In this document: positions 29,287-39,401 of the stretch, piece after piece
How the letters are laid out: the number at the start of each line of letters is the position of its first letter
How positions within the stretch are numbered: position 1 is the stretch's first letter
DNA from: an uncultured Candidatus Saccharibacteria bacterium
GTDB lineage: Bacteria > Patescibacteriota > Minisyncoccia > Phycocordibacterales > UBA918
NCBI GenBank assembly: GCA_964353135.1
Contig: CAYGTV010000003.1
Coordinates: forward strand, 26,718-90,717
Direction of reading: 5' to 3'
DNA: 64,000 nt
Program-made: the position numbers and the translations under genes
Notes under the pieces: generated by a model
Seen by the model: the letters and a program-made list of their open reading frames with translations, nothing else
The model's database searches: none
Told to the model about the DNA's origin: nothing

Positions 29287-30426
29287 TTAATGGTGATGTC
29301 CGTGCCCGTGTGAATGACCATGATGGTGGTGACCATGTTTTGGCGTATAGTCCCGCAAGAAGTACACCGCCAAACCGGTTACAATCGGAACCGTCATAAT
29401 CAATCCAATACTTCCAACAATTGCGCGAATGATTTCGGTCGCGAATAGTTCGGAGTTCACCAGCGACCAAAACGAAAGTGGTGACAAGTGAAAATACATT
29501 AGTAGCGGCAACGATGCGCCAACGTAGGCCAAAACGAGCGTGTTCACCAAAGCGCCCACATGTTCTCGTCCGACTCGGATAGCCTTTTGGTATACCTCGC
29601 GCGCCTTGAGAGTTTTGTTGCTGTTAAACAACTCGGTTACCACTGCTGCCTGAGTGACGGCAATATCATCGAGCACTCCAAGCACACCGATAATAATCGC
29701 CCCCAGTAGCAACCCGGTAAAATCAAGCGATCCGTTGGTGGCAAAATTAAGGAACACTGACTCATCAGTCACAAACCCACTTAACTTGGCTTGTGTTACA
29801 GCCACAAACGCCAGTATCCCCGTCAAAAACACCGCCAGCATTGTCCCTCCATACGCTACCGCTGATTCACGGTTAAATCCGTGAGTAAAGAAAATCGCTG
29901 CGAACAGAACCCCTGACGCAACCAGCGTACTGAGCACCAAGGGGTTGTATCCAGCCACCAACCCTGGAAGCAGAACATAGAAAATCGCTAGAAAGCTCCC
30001 ACCGAGCGCAACCAGTGATCGTAACCCCTGCCAACCACCGAACAGAATAATGGTTAGTACAAATAAACCAAAGAAAAACAAAAGTGAATCTCGCCGATCG
30101 ATGTTTACGACAAAATAAGACTCAGTCCCATCAATGTAAATATTGTGATTGAAATAAAATTTATCTCCCGGCTCTAGCTTCAGATACTCGTTTTCGATAG
30201 TTAGCGTCTGCCCTACTTTTGGACCATCAAGTACCTGAACCGAAATGGTTTGCAGCAGTGTGTCGGTACCCGTCCCTGGCACTTCTCGCAATTGCTGTTC
30301 CAGAACTGACAACACTTCCCCACGATAGGTTCCTTGGTATTCGTTGTAGACTTCTTGGGCATTACCAGCAAACGGAGTAACGAGCAAACAGACGACAAAC
30401 GCGCAGCGAATCAATTGAGCAAACAT
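29287..30426 (-). CDS. YibE/F-family membrane protein with C-terminal His-rich tail.
   Basis: Signal peptide, soluble N-domain, multi-transmembrane C-domain; ends KHGHHHHGHSHGHGHHH. Confidence 0.7.
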   Translation of the reverse strand: MFAQLIRCAFVVCLLVTPFAGNAQEVYNEYQGTYRGEVLSVLEQQLREVPGTGTDTLLQTISVQVLDGPKVGQTLTIENEYLKLEPGDKFYFNHNIYIDGTESYFVVNIDRRDSLLFFFGLFVLTIILFGGWQGLRSLVALGGSFLAIFYVLLPGLVAGYNPLVLSTLVASGVLFAAIFFTHGFNRESAVAYGGTMLAVFLTGILAFVAVTQAKLSGFVTDESVFLNFATNGSLDFTGLLLGAIIIGVLGVLDDIAVTQAAVVTELFNSNKTLKAREVYQKAIRVGREHVGALVNTLVLAYVGASLPLLMYFHLSPLSFWSLVNSELFATEIIRAIVGSIGLIMTVPIVTGLAVYFLRDYTPKHGHHHHGHSHGHGHHH

Positions 30427-30446
30427 TACGGTAATACTACCAAATC

Positions 30447-31277
30447 TTAATGATCATGCTCGTCGACGTATTCGTCTGCATGGTGGTCATGTAATTCAGC
30501 TTCATGGTCATCGTGACCATCATGATTGTGTCCATATTGCGCATGAGACCAGTCGAGAATAAACGTCATCACCGTAAACCCGATAACAATTGCCAGTGTG
30601 GCATACCAAATGTTGCCGTAGCTTTTCAGGTTCCCATGAATTCGCGGCAACATATCGCTCGCAGCAAGGAACAAGAGTGCTCCAGCTGCAATTCCAGTCA
30701 GCACCCACACCCATTCCCCACCTTCACTTGACACAACCATAATCAAAATCGTTCCAACGATAATAGAAGAAGCTGAAAGCAAGTTACGTGCGGCCGCTTG
30801 CCACCGGGTATACCCCGCTCGGATAAATACTCCGAACTCTACGATCTCTTGAGGGATTTCATGTAGTGCGAGTCCAATAGCAGTGGCAAACCCTACACTT
30901 GGATCAATTAGAAATGCACCACCAAGGATAATACCGTCAGCGAGGTTATGAAACGCGTCACCAACCAGCAGCAACCCGGCTGAGGTTTTTCGATTACAGT
31001 CGTCGGCATCAAGCGAATGAAATCGTTTATGTAAAAATTGTGCAAACACGTAGAACCCGAGGAACCCAAATGCAACTGCGACCCCTCCCCAGGTTGGTGC
31101 TGCCGCCAGTGTTTCTGGAATTAATTCAAACAATACTAGACTGAGGAACACCCCAACCGCCACCGGTATAACAAACCGTTCAATTCCAACTAAACCTTTG
31201 TGGTTACCAAAAACCAGCGCTCCGATAAGTGACACACCAGCCAGTGCAGCGGCTGTGATAATAGCTTCAATATACAT
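30447..31277 (-). CDS. zupT: ZIP-family divalent metal transporter (ZupT-like) with His/Asp-rich C-terminal tail.
   Basis: HNLADGI and HEIPQEIVEFGV ZIP signatures; C-terminal HNHDGHDDHEAELHDHHADEYVDEHDH. Start taken at MYIEAII (31277) rather than the longer track ORF. Confidence 0.8.
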   Translation of the reverse strand: MYIEAIITAAALAGVSLIGALVFGNHKGLVGIERFVIPVAVGVFLSLVLFELIPETLAAAPTWGGVAVAFGFLGFYVFAQFLHKRFHSLDADDCNRKTSAGLLLVGDAFHNLADGIILGGAFLIDPSVGFATAIGLALHEIPQEIVEFGVFIRAGYTRWQAAARNLLSASSIIVGTILIMVVSSEGGEWVWVLTGIAAGALLFLAASDMLPRIHGNLKSYGNIWYATLAIVIGFTVMTFILDWSHAQYGHNHDGHDDHEAELHDHHADEYVDEHDH

Positions 31278-31297
31278 ATAAAAATTAAAATAGATTA

Positions 31298-31357
31298 TGC
31301 AAGTAATTTGCAATTGCGAGTATAACAAGTATCTGCTATAATGCAAACTACTTGCAA
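31298..31357. promoter_or_regulatory. Divergent promoter region with two TGCAA-N5-TTGCAA inverted-repeat boxes overlapping -35 and -10 (putative Zur/Fur operators).
   Basis: Box 1 tgcaagtaatttgcaa (31298-31313); -35 TTGCGA (31314-31319), 17-nt spacer, -10 TATAAT (31337-31342); box 2 tgcaaactacttgcaa (31342-31357); zur ATG at 31366. Confidence 0.5.
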
Positions 31358-31365
31358 AATAAACT

Positions 31366-31722
31366 ATGACTTTTCGAATGACAACCAAGCGTCAAGAGAT
31401 CCTCGACGTTCTCAAGAAAAGACACGGTACGATGAGTGCGGCTGATTTGCATGCGTCACTTCCCCATACGGACCTAGTGACAATCTACCGTTCACTAGAA
31501 TTATTTGTAAATGAAAAGATAATTAAACAATTTCATCTGCAAAGCGGTGAAGCTCAGTACGAATACCAAACCGAGCCACACCACCATGCGGTGTGTACCA
31601 CTTGTGAACGTGTGATTCACTTTACCGCTCCTGATCAAAAACTAAAAAAGTTCCTAGGGATCGAGGATTTCGATGTCGATGAAATCGAAGTCACCGTTAA
31701 AGGCATCTGTCACAAACACTAA
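31366..31722 (+). CDS. zur: Fur-family metalloregulator, probably Zur.
   Basis: HTH then HHHAVCTTCERV...C..H metal sites; 118 aa; divergent from the ZIP transporter. Confidence 0.8.
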   Translation: MTFRMTTKRQEILDVLKKRHGTMSAADLHASLPHTDLVTIYRSLELFVNEKIIKQFHLQSGEAQYEYQTEPHHHAVCTTCERVIHFTAPDQKLKKFLGIEDFDVDEIEVTVKGICHKH

Positions 31723-31763
31723 CAACCAATGAGGTATACTAGTTTCCATAAGTACAAAAATTT

Positions 31764-32198
31764 ATGGAACAAGCACAACTACGAAATACGATTATTGAGT
31801 TTTTAAACAATCATCGTAAAGCCGTTTTTTCTATTTTAGACGAACAAGGCCTCCCAACAACGTCACTCATGCTCTATGTTATCGACGACGAGATGAATGT
31901 CTTTTTTGGCACCAGACGTGCATTTTCAAAATATGGGCACCTCAAAACCAATCCAGTAGTATCGCTTTCTGTGATCGAAGAAGTAATCGATCCACTTAAA
32001 GTAGTCGACATGCGCGGGGACGTCGAAGAACTGTCGGTCGACGATTGTAACAACGTACATGCTTGGTTTAAATCAAAAAACGATTCCAAATACTACGTCG
32101 AAGGAGCTGAAGATTTCACCATGTTTAAACTAGTCCCCCACTTTGTCCGTTGGCTTGACGCAGAGAGTGGGCAGCTTTCGATCGTTGACTTAAAATAA
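31764..32198 (+). CDS. Pyridoxamine 5'-phosphate oxidase-like FMN-binding split-barrel protein.
   Basis: 144 aa; PNPOx-like pattern (weak). Confidence 0.5.
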   Translation: MEQAQLRNTIIEFLNNHRKAVFSILDEQGLPTTSLMLYVIDDEMNVFFGTRRAFSKYGHLKTNPVVSLSVIEEVIDPLKVVDMRGDVEELSVDDCNNVHAWFKSKNDSKYYVEGAEDFTMFKLVPHFVRWLDAESGQLSIVDLK

Positions 32199-32214
32199 CT
32201 GTAGCAACCACATA

Positions 32215-32252
32215 TAAAAAATCAGACCAGCATTTGCTGGTCTGATTTTTTA
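32215..32252. terminator. Bidirectional terminator.
   Basis: aaaaaatcagaccagc-attt-gctggtctgatttttt. Confidence 0.75.
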
Positions 32253-32510
32253 TTTTTTGTAATACAAAATCACTAAGAATAGATACAGCGTAAACGTTAA
32301 GGTCAGCAAAAGTTGCCCAAGGATCAATGGTAGTTCACCCAACGTCCAGAACTTGTACAAAATAATTAAAATCGCTACATATCTGATACCTAGTCCGGTA
32401 ATCGATACATCGTGGGACGATTTATGCCTGTATACACAACGAATTTGAAACAACACATCAGCTGTAAGAGCAATGTAAGAAGCAAAGGTAATAATATCTA
32501 AAAATGCCAT
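32250..32510 (-). CDS. Small membrane protein (86 aa), hypothetical.
   Basis: Two or three hydrophobic helices; follows the terminator. Confidence 0.3.
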   Translation of the reverse strand: MAFLDIITFASYIALTADVLFQIRCVYRHKSSHDVSITGLGIRYVAILIILYKFWTLGELPLILGQLLLTLTFTLYLFLVILYYKK

Positions 32511-32551
32511 AGCGATATTTTACCCCAGACATAAAAACTGCCGAGGTGTTT

Positions 32552-32896
32552 TCAACCCTTGCTGCCCTGCAGCAATACTTCGTAGGCTAGTGCAACTAGC
32601 TCACCTCGATCTTCGAGAATCTCTTCTGGCACTGACCACCACGAACGAATCCTGACTGGACTCTCGCGATCTTTGCGGTCGTATTCAAAGGGATCAGAGT
32701 CCATCTGCGAGAATTTTTTATGAAGCTCAGGTTCTTTTACCTTGAAATATAAAGTGTCTTCGATAATTACCCCGAGTTGTTTATTCTCGACTTTCAGTAA
32801 TACCCCACTAAACATGCGAGATGTTTGAATCACACCCACTGTAGACAGTTGGTCGAGCACGTAATCAACGAATTCCGGTGAGGTTGCCATAGCCAC
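32552..32896 (-). CDS. TfoX/Sxy N-terminal-domain protein (competence regulator family).
   Basis: EFVDYVLDQL...SRMFSGVLLKVENKQLGVIIEDTLYFKV...YY..PEEILED pattern; 114 aa. Confidence 0.55.
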   Translation of the reverse strand: MAMATSPEFVDYVLDQLSTVGVIQTSRMFSGVLLKVENKQLGVIIEDTLYFKVKEPELHKKFSQMDSDPFEYDRKDRESPVRIRSWWSVPEEILEDRGELVALAYEVLLQGSKG

Positions 32897-32897
32897 C

Positions 32898-33662
32898 CTA
32901 TCGTTTCTTTTTCTCTCCGACTACACACAGACCAACCACCGCAACGATAAGCGCTCCTGCTAGTCCGACAAAAATCATACTGCCTCCGTCCAGGTTGGCT
33001 GAAATAACACCGATGCCAGCCCACACTAGCACTCCTCCATACCAAGCACTATAGCCAGACTTTTTAAAGTAGAACAATGTAAACGCTGCAATACAAGCAA
33101 ATAGAATCCCATTTGAAACCAGGTTAATTGTTTCGTCAGTAATGACTAGCTGGTCATTTAAGAGCGCCTGAACATTTAACCAACTGGCGATCCCTGTCCA
33201 CGCTGCATACGGTAGCAGAAATTTCTTTGATAGTAGCGTCTGAGTTTTCGCACCCGAGTCAGGAGTGTTGACCACATAGGTAAATGCTCCCGCCATCAGA
33301 AATAGAATCGGGATTGTCAGCCAAACCGTCCAGTCAGTCTGACCAGCGAAATACAACCAAGCAATCGAGCTAGAAAACCCAACTAAGGCGGGTAACCTAG
33401 TAGCGCGCAGGATTTTATTGTCGTTCTTCGGGATCACCTGGTACACCGCGTAGACAAACGACAACGTGTAAATCAGCCCCCAAATACTAAATGCCCACCC
33501 AGCTGGCTGGATAAAGACCGGCAGCGCTCGATCAGTGTTTTCAAACGCCCCGATGTTGATGAAGGCAGCTGCAGCAACTTGAGCAATCGCAGCCACCAGA
33601 AGAAATACTTTTAAAATCATACGGGTCAAAGTTACAGTAATAAGATCTATCAAGCGTACCAT
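32898..33662 (-). CDS. Polytopic Trp-rich membrane protein (possibly TspO/MBR-like).
   Basis: About six transmembrane helices; no firm homology. Confidence 0.4.
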   Translation of the reverse strand: MVRLIDLITVTLTRMILKVFLLVAAIAQVAAAAFINIGAFENTDRALPVFIQPAGWAFSIWGLIYTLSFVYAVYQVIPKNDNKILRATRLPALVGFSSSIAWLYFAGQTDWTVWLTIPILFLMAGAFTYVVNTPDSGAKTQTLLSKKFLLPYAAWTGIASWLNVQALLNDQLVITDETINLVSNGILFACIAAFTLFYFKKSGYSAWYGGVLVWAGIGVISANLDGGSMIFVGLAGALIVAVVGLCVVGEKKKR

Positions 33663-33726
33663 ATTATACGTTCACACACTGAAAAACACTAAAACCAGGA
33701 TCAAGTACATACTATAATATACAGAT

Positions 33727-34317
33727 ATGAACAACAAAAACATTATTATTGCACTTATCATTATCACTGTATCAGCCGGATTTGTGTTTCTCATTAACAA
33801 CGAACCAGCTGGAGAAACTAACGTTTCGTATATCGACCCTAACCCACCAGTTGAAAATACTGACTACATTGGAATGACAATATTTGACGCAGAAGCTTGG
33901 GCAGCAGCTAACGCTGAGATGTTCCGGGTCGTAGAAATCGACGGAGAACCGCAGCCAACCACCAGAGACTATCGACCAGGGCGGATAAACGCCACGGTAG
34001 AAAACGATGTGGTGGTTAGCTACACAGTTGAAGGATCTGAATCAGCAGCTATGGACAATCCTTATTTTCAAGACAACCAACTAGACGGCGACATGATTGA
34101 CCCCCAAACCCCACCTAACGGAACTGACTCAGATACAAACGACACAATCATTGGTATGACCACTGCAGAAGTAGAATCGTACGCTGAGGCAAATGATGTT
34201 ATGTTCCGAATCGGTGCCATCGACGGAGAGTTCCTTCCGGTTACCATGGACTATCGACCGGGTCGAATCACCGCTGAGATAGAAGATGACATCGTGACAG
34301 GTTATACAGTTGAATAA
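33727..34317 (+). CDS. Secreted protein with two tandem peptidase-inhibitor I78-like domains.
   Basis: Signal anchor; internal duplication IGMT..E.(W/Y)A.AN..MFR(V/I)..IDGE..P.T.DYRPGRI(N/T)A..E.D.V..YTVE. Confidence 0.5.
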   Translation: MNNKNIIIALIIITVSAGFVFLINNEPAGETNVSYIDPNPPVENTDYIGMTIFDAEAWAAANAEMFRVVEIDGEPQPTTRDYRPGRINATVENDVVVSYTVEGSESAAMDNPYFQDNQLDGDMIDPQTPPNGTDSDTNDTIIGMTTAEVESYAEANDVMFRIGAIDGEFLPVTMDYRPGRITAEIEDDIVTGYTVE

Positions 34318-34335
34318 TAGTCACCGACTGTATAC

Positions 34336-34365
34336 AAAACCACCACCCTTGAGGGAGGTGGTTTT
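34336..34365. terminator. Bidirectional terminator.
   Basis: aaaaccaccaccc-ttga-gggaggtggtttt. Confidence 0.7.
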
Positions 34366-34367
34366 GT

Positions 34368-35534
34368 TTATTTTTCTTTGCGTTCTTGCAACAGATTGGC
34401 CTGCCGTCGGATGAGAATCGGACTCAGCAACACCGTCACCACACTAAGCACCACGAGCGACGTCAGCAACGTCTGGTCAATCAAACCCAGGTTATACACC
34501 ACAAAAGCGGTAGCTAGTGTCGTCGATAACTGCGGTAGCGATGTCGCCGCAAAGAAATTGGATTCGGTGGTATCAAACCCGACCAAACGAGCAGCAGCAT
34601 ACCCACTGACGTACTTAGACACAACCAACGCCAGTACTAGTGAACACATCACTAGCAACACATCAGACACATCATCTAGCATGCTCAAGTCAGTCTGCAA
34701 TCCAACCACTACGAAAAACACCGGGATAAATATTCCGTAACTGATGGTTTTGATTTTATCTTTCAGTACCTTGCTCTTGATCGAGTCGGCGAGCACTAGT
34801 CCCGAGAAAAACCCAGCCACGATTGGATGCAAGCCCAACAGCTCAAAAGTGATCACTGTCCCAATCAGGATTAAAAATGTGGATCGAAACTCGAGTTGAA
34901 ACAAATCAGGCGCATCAGTTGTCATCCTAACCACCCATTCACGCAGTTTCGGGATCCCTAACCGCATCGCAATCAACACCCCAAGCAGTACCGGATAAAA
35001 TACGTATAGCGGCACCTCGGTCACCGGGTCAACGTTTTGTAGCAGTAGCGACAGCAACACCAAACTAGTGATGTCTTGCAGCACAGTAGTCACCACCACT
35101 GATTGACCCAGTTTCGTACGTAGCATGCCCGTCACCTCGAGAGTTGGAATTACCACCGCAATTGATGATGAGATAAATATAATTCCCACAATTAACGCAG
35201 TCAGTGCATCGTACCCTAGGGCATACACGGCTCCGGCTCCCACCAGAAAAGGAACAAATCCATTAATAAACGCCAGCGAAACCAGATTTGTCTTGTATTC
35301 ACTAAAGTGCGAGAACCTGGTTTCGAGCCCCGCCATAAACATGAGGAACACGAGACCAATTTGTCCCATAAACTCAATCGTTGGGTTGAGCGAGATTAGG
35401 TCGAGCAAACTTGGACCGACCACAATTCCACCAATAATCAACATCACCGCCCACGGGATATGAGTCCGGATTGAAAGCATCGAGAAAAATACTCCCGAAA
35501 AGACAATCAAGAAAAAAGTGTAAAATTCTTCCAT
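34368..35534 (-). CDS. Monovalent cation:proton antiporter (CPA family Na+/H+ exchanger).
   Basis: 388 aa, about 11 transmembrane helices, Na_H_Exchanger-like layout. Confidence 0.75.
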   Translation of the reverse strand: MEEFYTFFLIVFSGVFFSMLSIRTHIPWAVMLIIGGIVVGPSLLDLISLNPTIEFMGQIGLVFLMFMAGLETRFSHFSEYKTNLVSLAFINGFVPFLVGAGAVYALGYDALTALIVGIIFISSSIAVVIPTLEVTGMLRTKLGQSVVVTTVLQDITSLVLLSLLLQNVDPVTEVPLYVFYPVLLGVLIAMRLGIPKLREWVVRMTTDAPDLFQLEFRSTFLILIGTVITFELLGLHPIVAGFFSGLVLADSIKSKVLKDKIKTISYGIFIPVFFVVVGLQTDLSMLDDVSDVLLVMCSLVLALVVSKYVSGYAAARLVGFDTTESNFFAATSLPQLSTTLATAFVVYNLGLIDQTLLTSLVVLSVVTVLLSPILIRRQANLLQERKEK

Positions 35535-35540
35535 TACTAA

Positions 35541-35993
35541 TTAGTATACAGGCTCTTCTTCTGGATATAGATAGTCTTCGATTGATTCGATCAACCCTTC
35601 AATTGCATCTACCAGTGCCTGCCCACCTTCGGCAATTGCGCCGTTAATTTCAGCTGCTGCTGCGCGCATCGCTTCGTCGCGGGCGATAATCCCTTCCCCG
35701 GTCACCGCATGACTTTGCTCTAGCACCGACATCACTCGGTCAAAGTCACTCTGTAGTTCTTCTGCTTCTTTTTGCTCATTGATCACGTCCACCTTCATTT
35801 CTACCAACTGCACTTTGCTATATAAAAGAATTTGCTCTTCTTGATACTGAGCAGCCTGCTCATACGACTGCTGACTACCCTGTTGCTGACCAGCATAAAA
35901 CGCTAGACCAAACATAACACTAGTAAGCAGTCCGAGGATAAACGCTGTGCAAAATGACTTCCGGCAGATGTTGAGATGTAAGTTGAGACTCAT
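35541..35993 (-). CDS. Membrane-anchored coiled-coil protein, hypothetical.
   Basis: One transmembrane helix then Gln/Glu-rich helix; no homology. Confidence 0.35.
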   Translation of the reverse strand: MSLNLHLNICRKSFCTAFILGLLTSVMFGLAFYAGQQQGSQQSYEQAAQYQEEQILLYSKVQLVEMKVDVINEQKEAEELQSDFDRVMSVLEQSHAVTGEGIIARDEAMRAAAAEINGAIAEGGQALVDAIEGLIESIEDYLYPEEEPVY

Positions 35994-36078
35994 ATATATA
36001 AACGGTACCACCACCTATACCACTTGGCAATCAAATAATTCCCTCCACAACTCAATCATGAGATACTAGGGATTCACT

Positions 36079-37611
36079 ATGATGTACGAGACCCTCAAAA
36101 CCCACTTCGGCTACGACAAATTCCGCCCGTTGCAGGAGGAAATTGTGACACGGGTGCTCGAGAAAGAAGACTGTCTGGTACTGATGCCCACCGGTGGCGG
36201 CAAGTCCCTGTGTTTTCAGCTGCCGACCCTGATGCAAGACGGCCTGACGATTGTTATTTCACCGCTTATTTCCCTGATGAAGGACCAGGTCGATGCGCTG
36301 CGCCAGAACGGTGTCAACGCCGCGTACCTCAATAGTTCACTCACCACCGACGAGAAAGTACAAATCCTACGCGACGTCACCGACGGCACCACCAAACTGT
36401 TGTACATCGCCCCCGAGCGACTGGGTGTCCCACAGTTTGCTGCCCTCCTGCACAAACTGCCGATTAGTTTATTTGCCATCGACGAGGCACACTGTATTTC
36501 CGAATGGGGTCATGACTTTCGACCTGACTACCGCAACCTGAACCAGCTACGGACCAACTTCCCCTCCATTCCCATCATTGCGCTGACCGCGACCGCTACC
36601 CAAAAAGTGCGCGACGACATCGTCAAACAGCTCGACCTCCCCAAGCCACACATTTTCACCTCCAGCTTTAACCGCGATAACCTCAGCTACGAAGTGTTAC
36701 CGAAAAAAGAATCGTTTGGGACTATCCTGTCTTTGATCGAATTACACAGAGAAGAAAGCGTCATCATCTACTGCTTCTCCCGCAAAGATACCGAGAGCTT
36801 GGCTAAGAAATTAAATGACCAGGGACACAACGCCGGCACGTACCACGCCGGACTGACCGCCGATCAGCGCCGCGAGAACCAGGACAAATTCATCCGGGAC
36901 GAGATCCACATCATGGTCGCGACGATCGCGTTTGGCATGGGGATCGACAAACCCGACGTGCGCCTGGTGATCCACCACAGCCTCCCCAAATCAATCGAAG
37001 GCTACTACCAGGAAACCGGCCGCGCTGGCCGAGACGGACTCCCCTCCCGTTGTGTGTTGCTGTTTTCAGTCGCGGACAAATTCAAACAAGACTTCTTCAT
37101 CAGCCAAATCAGCGACCCCGAAGAAAAACGCCAAGCGCAACACAACCTCGACCAAACCCTCGACTATGGCCGACTCGATTCCTGCCGCCGCAAATTCCTC
37201 TTGCAGTATTTCAACGAAGACTACACCACCGATAACTGCCAAAATTGCGACCGGTGTATAGAATTCGAGGCCGTGGTGCCAGCCAAAACCACCACAAAAA
37301 CTCAGGCGTCCCACGCCGTCAGCACTCCCGGTTATTCGTACCTCGCTGAACGTGACGGACACACCAACAACGCCTCGGATACAGACTATGACACCGACCT
37401 CTTCGACATCCTCAAGCAACTCCGCCTCCGCGAAGCCAAACGCCTAGGCGTCGCCCCCTACATCGTCTTTGGCGACAAAGCCCTGCGCGGCATGTGTGTC
37501 ACCAAACCAACGACCAAAGCAGCCTTCCTAAAAATCAACGGCGTCGGCGACAAAAAGCTAAAGAAATTCGGCAAGAAGTTTATGGACGCGATTAAGGAGT
37601 ATGAGGGGTAA
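36079..37611 (+). CDS. recQ: ATP-dependent DNA helicase RecQ (helicase + RQC zinc module + HRDC).
   Basis: Walker A MPTGGGKS, DEAH (AIDEAHCISEWGHDFR), Zn module CRRKFLLQYF...CQNCDRC, HRDC tail (LFDILKQLRLREAKRLGVAPYIVF); 510 aa. Confidence 0.9.
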   Translation: MMYETLKTHFGYDKFRPLQEEIVTRVLEKEDCLVLMPTGGGKSLCFQLPTLMQDGLTIVISPLISLMKDQVDALRQNGVNAAYLNSSLTTDEKVQILRDVTDGTTKLLYIAPERLGVPQFAALLHKLPISLFAIDEAHCISEWGHDFRPDYRNLNQLRTNFPSIPIIALTATATQKVRDDIVKQLDLPKPHIFTSSFNRDNLSYEVLPKKESFGTILSLIELHREESVIIYCFSRKDTESLAKKLNDQGHNAGTYHAGLTADQRRENQDKFIRDEIHIMVATIAFGMGIDKPDVRLVIHHSLPKSIEGYYQETGRAGRDGLPSRCVLLFSVADKFKQDFFISQISDPEEKRQAQHNLDQTLDYGRLDSCRRKFLLQYFNEDYTTDNCQNCDRCIEFEAVVPAKTTTKTQASHAVSTPGYSYLAERDGHTNNASDTDYDTDLFDILKQLRLREAKRLGVAPYIVFGDKALRGMCVTKPTTKAAFLKINGVGDKKLKKFGKKFMDAIKEYEG

Positions 37612-37656
37612 CTATGACTCCAAATTAATACAACAAAAAATAATTTATCAACGTCT

Positions 37657-39384
37657 CTATTCGAGAAAATCTATAATTTCTTTGAAATTGTCTTTTGTCT
37701 CCTGGTCAATGAAATTTTCATCTTGGTTACATTTATCATAAAAATGCTTCGCAAAAATAAATTTACTGATCTGCTCAACATTTGCAACCATATTTTTATC
37801 AGGTAGAAATTCTTTCTCATAATCTGAAAGAATCGAAGTCACAATATTTACAGACAAGAAATCCTCTATACCCTTTTTTCCATCTGGCTTTAAGACTGTG
37901 TTCTTATACAAAAGATCTTCTGCATCACCAAAAAAGTTTTTCTTTATTTTATTTGCAGCCTTAGTTCCTTGAGAATCATCATCAACTAACACTTTTGCAT
38001 CAATACCCCAGCCATAAAGAATAGCGAATATATTCGGACACTGATCAACACCATTTGACGGAATCACTGAACACCCCTCTTCCAAAATAGGTTTCAAATA
38101 AAAATATTCTGTTATTCCTTCTACAATTAATGTCTTTTTGCTATTAAAAGGATCTGTTAAGGTCACAAGACCTAGTGCTGATTTAATTGGAGCGAGTGAA
38201 TCAAGAGATCCATTAGATGTAACTAGTGCAGAAATTGATTTGAACAGTGAACCTTTGTCATTTCTGTCAACAAGTAGCAGACGCGAAAAATCAACATTTT
38301 CTTTTCCCAATAAAATAGGTTGGTGTGTACTATAGATAATTTGTATACCAGAGTTTTTTGCCAATTCTTCTATAACATCTTTAACGTCTTGCTGTGCGAT
38401 CTCATGAAGACCTTGACCAGGTTCATCAATTAACAAAATTAAACCTCTAGAATCGAGCTCAACCTCATGTGCGCGTAATCTCAAATTAAAACCAGTAAAC
38501 CAGCGAAAACCTTGAGATTTTTGTGATATACGTAGCGGTTTTTCCTCCCCCTGACTTATGAAAAAATTTACTGTTGAGTTTTCACTATTACCCTCCTGGT
38601 GATTTATTTTTATATTATATTTATAATCAACTTGCTCATTTGATATAACCTGGTTCCAATATCCATTCAACGACTCAGCCGCCTGCCTCTCGACTCTCTG
38701 CTCTTCACTAGCTCTTTTTTGGTCGGATGTACTTGGACTCATCAACTCGGCAAAATCGATCTTGTACACTGTTTCAAAATCTCGAATCGCCTGATTGGTG
38801 TTTACTTCACTCTTAGTTGCCTTGCCGGGAAGATTATTTTCGGTAAATGAAGAATAAAAAACCATGGTTGGTCTCATTTTAGAAAAATACGTGTATGGCG
38901 AAAAAGCTTCAATTTCCACCATCTCTCCCTCTGAAGCTTCCTCACCTTCTGGTAACTCATTTAGCGACTTGTCATATTCTGCAACCAACTTTTTTAGTTC
39001 TTGAAAATTTATCCAGCTAAAACTATCAAAATCATCTTCGTCAGTTTCGCCCCTGACGAAAGTGAATCCATTTTTTCTTACACAGTCTGCAATATCGTTA
39101 TTGGTATCCTCCTTTAGTTTTTGGTATTCAGAGTCATTTAGGTAAAAAGTGCAATCAACCCTTGGATGCTCATCCATTCTCCTATCTTCATCTTCAAATG
39201 AGTCATATGACCCCTCTTCAAAGAATTTTAATGCGCTTAAAAAAGAAGTTTTTCCGGACTCATTCTGTCCAGCCAAAACAGTAATCAAATCACCTTTCGA
39301 TAAGTGAACCCATCCTGTATCTTGAATTGATTTAAAATTTTGTATTCTGACCTTGCCGAGTACCATAAACCAAAGTATACCCAC
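37657..39384 (-). CDS. OLD-family nuclease (N-terminal ABC/AAA_15 ATPase + C-terminal Toprim).
   Basis: Walker A LAGQNESGKTSFLSAL; Walker B/D-loop LLIDEPGQGLHE; Toprim TLIVEGITEYFYL ... VLVDDDSQG; 575 aa. Confidence 0.8.
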   Translation of the reverse strand: MGILWFMVLGKVRIQNFKSIQDTGWVHLSKGDLITVLAGQNESGKTSFLSALKFFEEGSYDSFEDEDRRMDEHPRVDCTFYLNDSEYQKLKEDTNNDIADCVRKNGFTFVRGETDEDDFDSFSWINFQELKKLVAEYDKSLNELPEGEEASEGEMVEIEAFSPYTYFSKMRPTMVFYSSFTENNLPGKATKSEVNTNQAIRDFETVYKIDFAELMSPSTSDQKRASEEQRVERQAAESLNGYWNQVISNEQVDYKYNIKINHQEGNSENSTVNFFISQGEEKPLRISQKSQGFRWFTGFNLRLRAHEVELDSRGLILLIDEPGQGLHEIAQQDVKDVIEELAKNSGIQIIYSTHQPILLGKENVDFSRLLLVDRNDKGSLFKSISALVTSNGSLDSLAPIKSALGLVTLTDPFNSKKTLIVEGITEYFYLKPILEEGCSVIPSNGVDQCPNIFAILYGWGIDAKVLVDDDSQGTKAANKIKKNFFGDAEDLLYKNTVLKPDGKKGIEDFLSVNIVTSILSDYEKEFLPDKNMVANVEQISKFIFAKHFYDKCNQDENFIDQETKDNFKEIIDFLE

Positions 39385-39401
39385 AATGTCATGTTTTTCA
39401 A

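Noticed and set aside
36079-39384. RecQ + OLD considered as a Gabija (GajA/GajB) system.
   Set aside because: GajB is a UvrD/SF1 helicase, not RecQ. The two genes are convergent, not co-transcribed. RecQ here has the full housekeeping RQC + HRDC architecture.
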